Source: Phoronis australis (taxonomy: Eukaryota; Animalia; Phoronida). Taken from it: 64,000 bases of DNA. Shown here one piece after another: positions 37,329 through 64,000 of this stretch. The stretch lies in assembly GCA_002633005.1 (NCBI GenBank), contig NMRA01000432.1, positions 254,070-318,069 on the forward strand, in the 5' to 3' direction. The notes under the pieces were generated by a model. It was not told the origin of the DNA. It made no database searches and saw only the letters and a list, made by a program, of their open reading frames with translations. The translations under genes were made by a program, and so were the position numbers. How positions within the stretch are numbered: the stretch's first letter is position 1; each line of letters starts with the position of its first letter.

Positions 37329-40300
37329 TTAAGACAGTTATTTCCCCTGTTATATACTACAAGACTCTGTGCATTGTTAGTATGGCAATTGACTTTCACT
37401 TGCTTTTAGTCTTGGTCAAGTTATATTGTAAATATGCCATGTCCTGATTGTCAACAGTTCTTTCAGTGTCACAATGTAAATCTTGCAACTGTTATTACGC
37501 CTTTAGTTTCCCCCCATACATGTTTATATATTTAGGATGTTTGATTTAAATTAAATCAGTCACAGCATAGATTATAGACAGTCTATGGTCACAGTGGTGA
37601 TTTCCAGTGAGTGATGTTCTCAGTAAATGTTGCATAGTGATGTTGTTTTAGGAAACGGAACCTCATCTGACCATTGATTGTTTAAGCATTACCTTTGTGA
37701 GCATAGGATTGCTGGATTAATCAAGTGCTACCAAGCAACATTTTAGAATTTTAAAGTTAAAGTACGTAGATCATAGTTTGTTGACAAACAGTAAGTGTAA
37801 GAACTATATTTATTCTATTTGTGTAGTGGTTATTATCGGTCACACTCCGGTCTATAGGTTTGGATGTTGAACAACTCCGTTGTGGAATATTTTTGGTAAT
37901 AAATTAGCACAGATAGTATACAGCAATGCACATATATAACAAGCTGATTATTTGCTGATTAAAGGAAGTGTTTTTTCTTATGCTACCACATGCTGGGCCT
38001 TGTATTATTATTTGTGATGAAGGGGATTGGCTCTTGATTAAACTGTATTTTACTTTTTCACTCCAGCTACAAAAGCAGTGCCAACAATGTTAAAATGCTT
38101 GTGCTTTAAAATTCAATTCCTGATGAACCTATTATTGCAAATCAAACCAGGTCTTTAGTGCAAAGCATTAGTCAGAGATGCCCTCTGTTATTTTGCACTG
38201 CCATGATGTCCCAGAGTTAGGGTTTTGTGCTGAGAAAAATATAAAATCGCAAATTTTTGTCATTTTTGACCTTTTTTTTACTAACAACATGTGAGAAATG
38301 GAAAGTAGGTCTAGTTCTGTCGCATCAGGTTTATTTAACAAGTTGCACAAATCGATAAATCCTTTCTAAGGCTCCGTTGTTACTGAAATTTTTTGTTTGT
38401 GAAGTCTCATGCCTGAGATCGTGCTATAGTGTACATCCTTCAGAAAAGATCATTACTTTATGATATGGTGAGGAATATTGCCACTCCTATGTATTGTTCC
38501 CACCCTTACTGTGTTGTTTGTAACCTGGTTTGTAAGTTTTTTTGTATTTTTTCTCATCACTTTTAAGAAGTTCTTTTACTGTTCCTCTTAGAAATATTCA
38601 GCTTGTATCAGGATGAAAATTTGACCTAACTAAAAAGTTTTGGTTTGTTTTCAAAGAATTTAATTGTGCACTACTGGTTACTTTGTATTTTGACTCTGCT
38701 ATGAAATATTCTGTTGCATAAATGAACTTTGTTAGTTTACTTAAATGAAATAGTTTTCATTCTCTCTGTGCCCATCTCTAATGCCTCGCTCACACAAAGT
38801 TGGTGCCGATCCGATGAGTTTGCTGCATGGTCATGTCTACTGACAGACGTTTACTTGAAGTGGTAGGTGGGAATCACCATCAAAAATCACCAATAGGCTA
38901 CTGCTAGTGATCCCATGAAAAATGGCCCAATCATCATACTAGGCATCACCTGATGTTTGACGATGCCAATATTACAATTTGTTAATTATTTAAGTTTCAT
39001 AAACTGAGGCTACATTGGTTCCAGTTTGCCATTAAATTCACGAAACTGCAGCTTGGACCATGCACAAAATATTGTGACGACCGCAGAAGGAATACTGGTG
39101 AATAAAAAAATTGTATTTTTTCTTGGGCATTTCAAATTACTAGGGCCACCAGACTTCTAATAGGGGCCTCAAGAAACCTTGATCAAGTACTGGGCTACTG
39201 TACCCTGCCATCAATGTTCGCTGTGAGTTATATAATGCTGTTATTGTGTTCAGACATTGGTAGTTTGCTCACTTGGATTTTGTGCTTGTTCTAATCTATA
39301 CTATCAGTTGTGTAGTGAGCTTGCTTGCATATTGTATGTTTAGTTATGTGATGATGAAATAATACTTTTATTTGTGTAAACAATTGCGTGTTCATTCAGC
39401 ATTATACACTACCCTTCGCTACAGTCTGCTTTTCAGCCGGCAGCGCCATCCAATGTTTTTTGAAGCATTGTTGTGTGGCCTGCCACACCATCAATATGTC
39501 CCGCTTTCTGACATATGCGGCAAATTAACGCATAGTTTATTATTGTGCTTTTCCACACGGTTTACCCCTATTTCGCACCCATTAAAATGTAGCGTGTTTT
39601 GGGATGGGGCAAAGCTTTGCCCATCTTGCAGTATGGCCTAGATGCAGATTTTCTGCTTGTTTTTCATTTTCAAATGTTGGGAACTTATGTACCTTTGTAG
39701 AACAATAGTACAACGAGCGCAAAAATACTTAAAGGCATGTTGATTTATTCACAATATCTTCATGGGTGGTTCTGTTGAAGCTTGTTACTGTTTGAAAAAT
39801 GGTCTGCCTGTGGAAAAATCTACACAACTGACTAAGCATTTTGATTGATTGATTGAGATTGACCACATTTCTTTAATTTATTTGACACAGATTGTGTTTA
39901 TTTTGCCGCTGACGCACTGAAACCATCTTTAGCAAACTTGAACAAAAAATGTATCACATAGTGAGTTCATTCATATTGTACTTGTTCGAAAATAATGTAT
40001 TTGGGTGTTAAAATGTGGTCACCAAAATATAACACCATGTTTCTTAATCCATTTGAAAGGCAATTCTCTGTTTTGAGCATTGATGACAGTTTGTTGTGAC
40101 AGCCGGCAGGGGAACACGTACAGAAAACTTAGTTGACACAAAAACCGTCAGGGTACGCTTCGCTCTGTGGTTCTTTGTTGATTTCTAAAATAGGTCAAAA
40201 GACGCCTGTTGGAAAGTTTAATAACAAATATCGAAAGGAGATTAATTATCTGAGAGAAACTTTTTTGCCAACTTTTGCTTCATTCACCCCAATTACGGTA

Positions 40301-40425
40301 TTTATGTCCACTACTTATGAATTTTGGGAATTAACAAACGTAAATCTTGCCATTTAAATGCAAGTGGTTGAATCTCTTGTTTGATGCCATCATCCTTATC
40401 CTTTCGAATTATAAACGTTTCCACA

Positions 40426-61168
<20,743 letters not shown>

Positions 61169-62517
61169 CTGTTATGTGCAATTTAAGCCATCAAGCTTCT
61201 GCCTATATTAAACCATGGGATTGAGATGCATTCAGTAAAACCACTGTCTTGAAATTTTGGCAAGGTCATGCTAATTTAACACAAGATGCCGCAAGTAAGT
61301 TTACAGTTGTACTACTAAATTCTAGCAAGATGGCCGCCTGTGTAATAATTGGACAGCTGCCTCGGAATGCTGAATCTGGGGAAAAAATCATGAGTAAACG
61401 CACAGAATATCCACAGTTGCTATTGTAGAAGCCAAGATTTTCTTCTGCATCTTGCGTTTTACTGGTTGTGCTGAACTTGTTCCTGCCTTCTGCTCCTGTT
61501 GTCCAGTGGGGCTAGTTTGTTGTTCAAGTCAGATAGTTGGACATATAGTAAACGTCAGATAGGTATGAGCCAGAGTTTTGTTTAAGCCAAAGTTCCGCTG
61601 TGCGATTGTTCAAATTAATTCATTCAGCCCTTCATGTAAGTTTGATTTCACATTACTCTAATGAAATCACAGTCTGGTTGGATCCGACTTGCATGTATGC
61701 GAATTTTACTGTTGGCACTTACTCTAGGCCCGTCTTAAAGAACTTGTGTCTGCATGTAGTGTTTGTTGTAGTTATGCCTGTGCTGCTTAATGTTGTTTGA
61801 CGAGAGGGTTAACTTGTCATTTAGTTAAAAGTTGGCATACATGCATCTACATGATTGTATTAAATTATTGAAAGTGTCAGACTTGATACCATTTGGTATC
61901 TTAGGATATTGTCTTTAGAAAACAGTTTTTAATCATGGGCCTACTTCTGGCTAGCACCATTACATTTTATACACAGCAAGGACTGGAATAGTCTGTTCAT
62001 TTTCCTAAATGAGACGGGCAGATTTGAAAACTTTTCTTCACGGAGAACCTATTAATCGACAATAGGGCTAGTTTAGCTAAGGCGTTTCATGCAGTGGAAC
62101 CAACCATGGGACCTGTTCACTTCAGACCACTGACATTTGTTGCTTCTGTTGTAGAGTAGACAGCACATTTAGCATATGAAACTGGACGTAATGATGTTGT
62201 AAAACATCTGAAAAATGGACAGACATGTCATGTTTTATGTAATCTCATGGTAGCAGCACCAGGTGCCTTATTTGTTTTGCAGTTGGAAATGTTTATGGCT
62301 CCATTAATCCCAAGTTCATTTTCATTTAAAGTTTAAATTAAAATTCTTTTTTTCTTTTTAAATGATAATCTAGACAATTTATAGTTGTCACGTGGTCGAT
62401 TTTTATTGTAATGGGTAAATTGTAATAACAATTTTGCAAACATTTATTAAGAATGAAAGGTATTTTAGAATATTGAAACATTACTGTGTTTTCATAAGTG
62501 CAGTTTTCCCAGCCTGT

Positions 62518-62523
62518 AATAAA
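62518..62523 (+). terminator. Candidate polyadenylation signal of KAT2
   Basis: AATAAA followed by a GT/T-rich downstream element, 1.35 kb after the stop codon. Confidence 0.45.
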
Positions 62524-64000
62524 CAAATGTTTACATGTTTGTAAGTTGATGTTGAAGTAATTTTTAAGATTTGTTATAGGAAGACTTAAGGGTTGGAGAA
62601 CAATGGCTTAATGGGCTCCAGCAGTTTTACAGCCACTCTTCTTCCTTGAAGGATTTGTGTAAAACTGGTTCCCAAAATCCCCAACCCCTGTAAGTGACTA
62701 TATCCCAACATTCCAAGCGTATGGTGGTGAATTAGCCAGGACAGGACAAGTGATTGTCTTAGAAAATCCATAAAAATAAAGACAGTCTATAAAAACAGAA
62801 ATTGTAATTTGTACAACTATTGACATTTATATATCTACATATCACAGAGACTCCAATAGCCGGAAATAAGTGACATAATAGTACATGGTCAAAGAATTTT
62901 AAAAAGTGTTACAACTCTGTAATACCTGAACAATATTTACAGACAAACATTTCAGTGTACAAATAAATTATACAATCATTCAAATAGCCAACTCACAAAC
63001 AAAACATCCAATGCAACAAAACTGACTTGGCAGCCAATAATAGATATTTACACATCGAGAGATTAGATATTAACAAGGGCTTCATGCTTTTCATCATATG
63101 AACCTTGACCTTTGACATATAACCTTCGTGGTTCCTCTCCCAAAAGGCCTTTAATGATGAACACACACTCGTACATTTCACTGTCTCTGTAAGAGCAAGA
63201 AGAGTAGTTTGTAATGTATTAAGGATTTTCAACTCTACTTAAATCAACGGTCTATTGTCAATTTCTTCTACAGCCGTATTTGCCTGAAGTTGCCTAACAG
63301 AAAAAAAAACGCGATGCACAAAATTTCAGAAAGCTTTGAAATGCACAAAAATAATGCAAAATACTATGTTACTATGGCACCGTTAATCCGCTGTGAGTGC
63401 ATTAATGACGTTTTGAAAAAATATTAGTTACACAAAGTTTCTTCACTTAGTGATCTTTTATACTGCTGCCAATTAAAATGGGCCAAAAAAGCAAACAGCT
63501 GATGGAAAACAAAAAGCGAGCACGTCCAATGTCTGATGTTTTAGATGTAAGTCTACTGTTCTGTTCTTGAGTATATTATGATTCAGGGGTATGAGTTCAA
63601 GTCCAGGTTAACCCAAGATTTTGAGGTACAAACTAGAGTTCAAACTTGAGATTTCTAGTTTGGACTCAAACGTACAAGAAGTTTAATGAAAGGATTATCA
63701 AGTGAGAACTAATATTAGATATACCACAATATTAGCGTCGTATAATAATCTATATATATATCCATATGTGCAAATCATAATGTACACAAGAGGAGAGTAA
63801 TAGGCAATCTTAAGTTTGTAGTAAAATAGAATTTAAAGAAAATGTTGAAAATAACTTGATGGAAGTTCTAGTTCGGAGATTAGAGCCTGGGTACTGGATA
63901 ACATTGAGTTACAATGAAAACTTGATGACTTACTTGGCAGTAAATGTGATGTTGAGTAGACACTTGCTGTTAGAGATGTGAGCAATGTGTCCATCAAGAT

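Overview
AT-rich, intron-rich animal genomic DNA (invertebrate; lophotrochozoan/mollusc-like by inference only). Two multi-exon + strand genes were reconstructed by hand from GT-AG boundaries with consistent phases. The first is a formin-like gene (FMNL/FRL; 24 exons, 10562-34232), whose 5' exon was not found in the window. The second is a complete GCN5/PCAF acetyltransferase (KAT2A/B; 16 exons, 40426-61168). A two-exon THAP zinc-finger ORF lies at 1972-2897. Introns hold many non-autonomous DNA transposons (Transib-, Kolobok-, piggyBac-, Zator/PIF- and Helentron-type), foldback palindromes, a LINE fragment and minisatellites. Most unusual: two KAT2 minisatellites whose repeat unit contains the splice site itself (a 6x acceptor array, and a ~25x donor array whose first units are in frame). 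Also notable are an FMNL exon bracketed by inverted copies of one MITE, a Kolobok relic keeping the 5' ends of two convergent genes, and a repeat carrying a cluster of CTCF-like motifs. No prokaryotic features, CRISPR arrays, rRNA or intact tRNA genes were seen.
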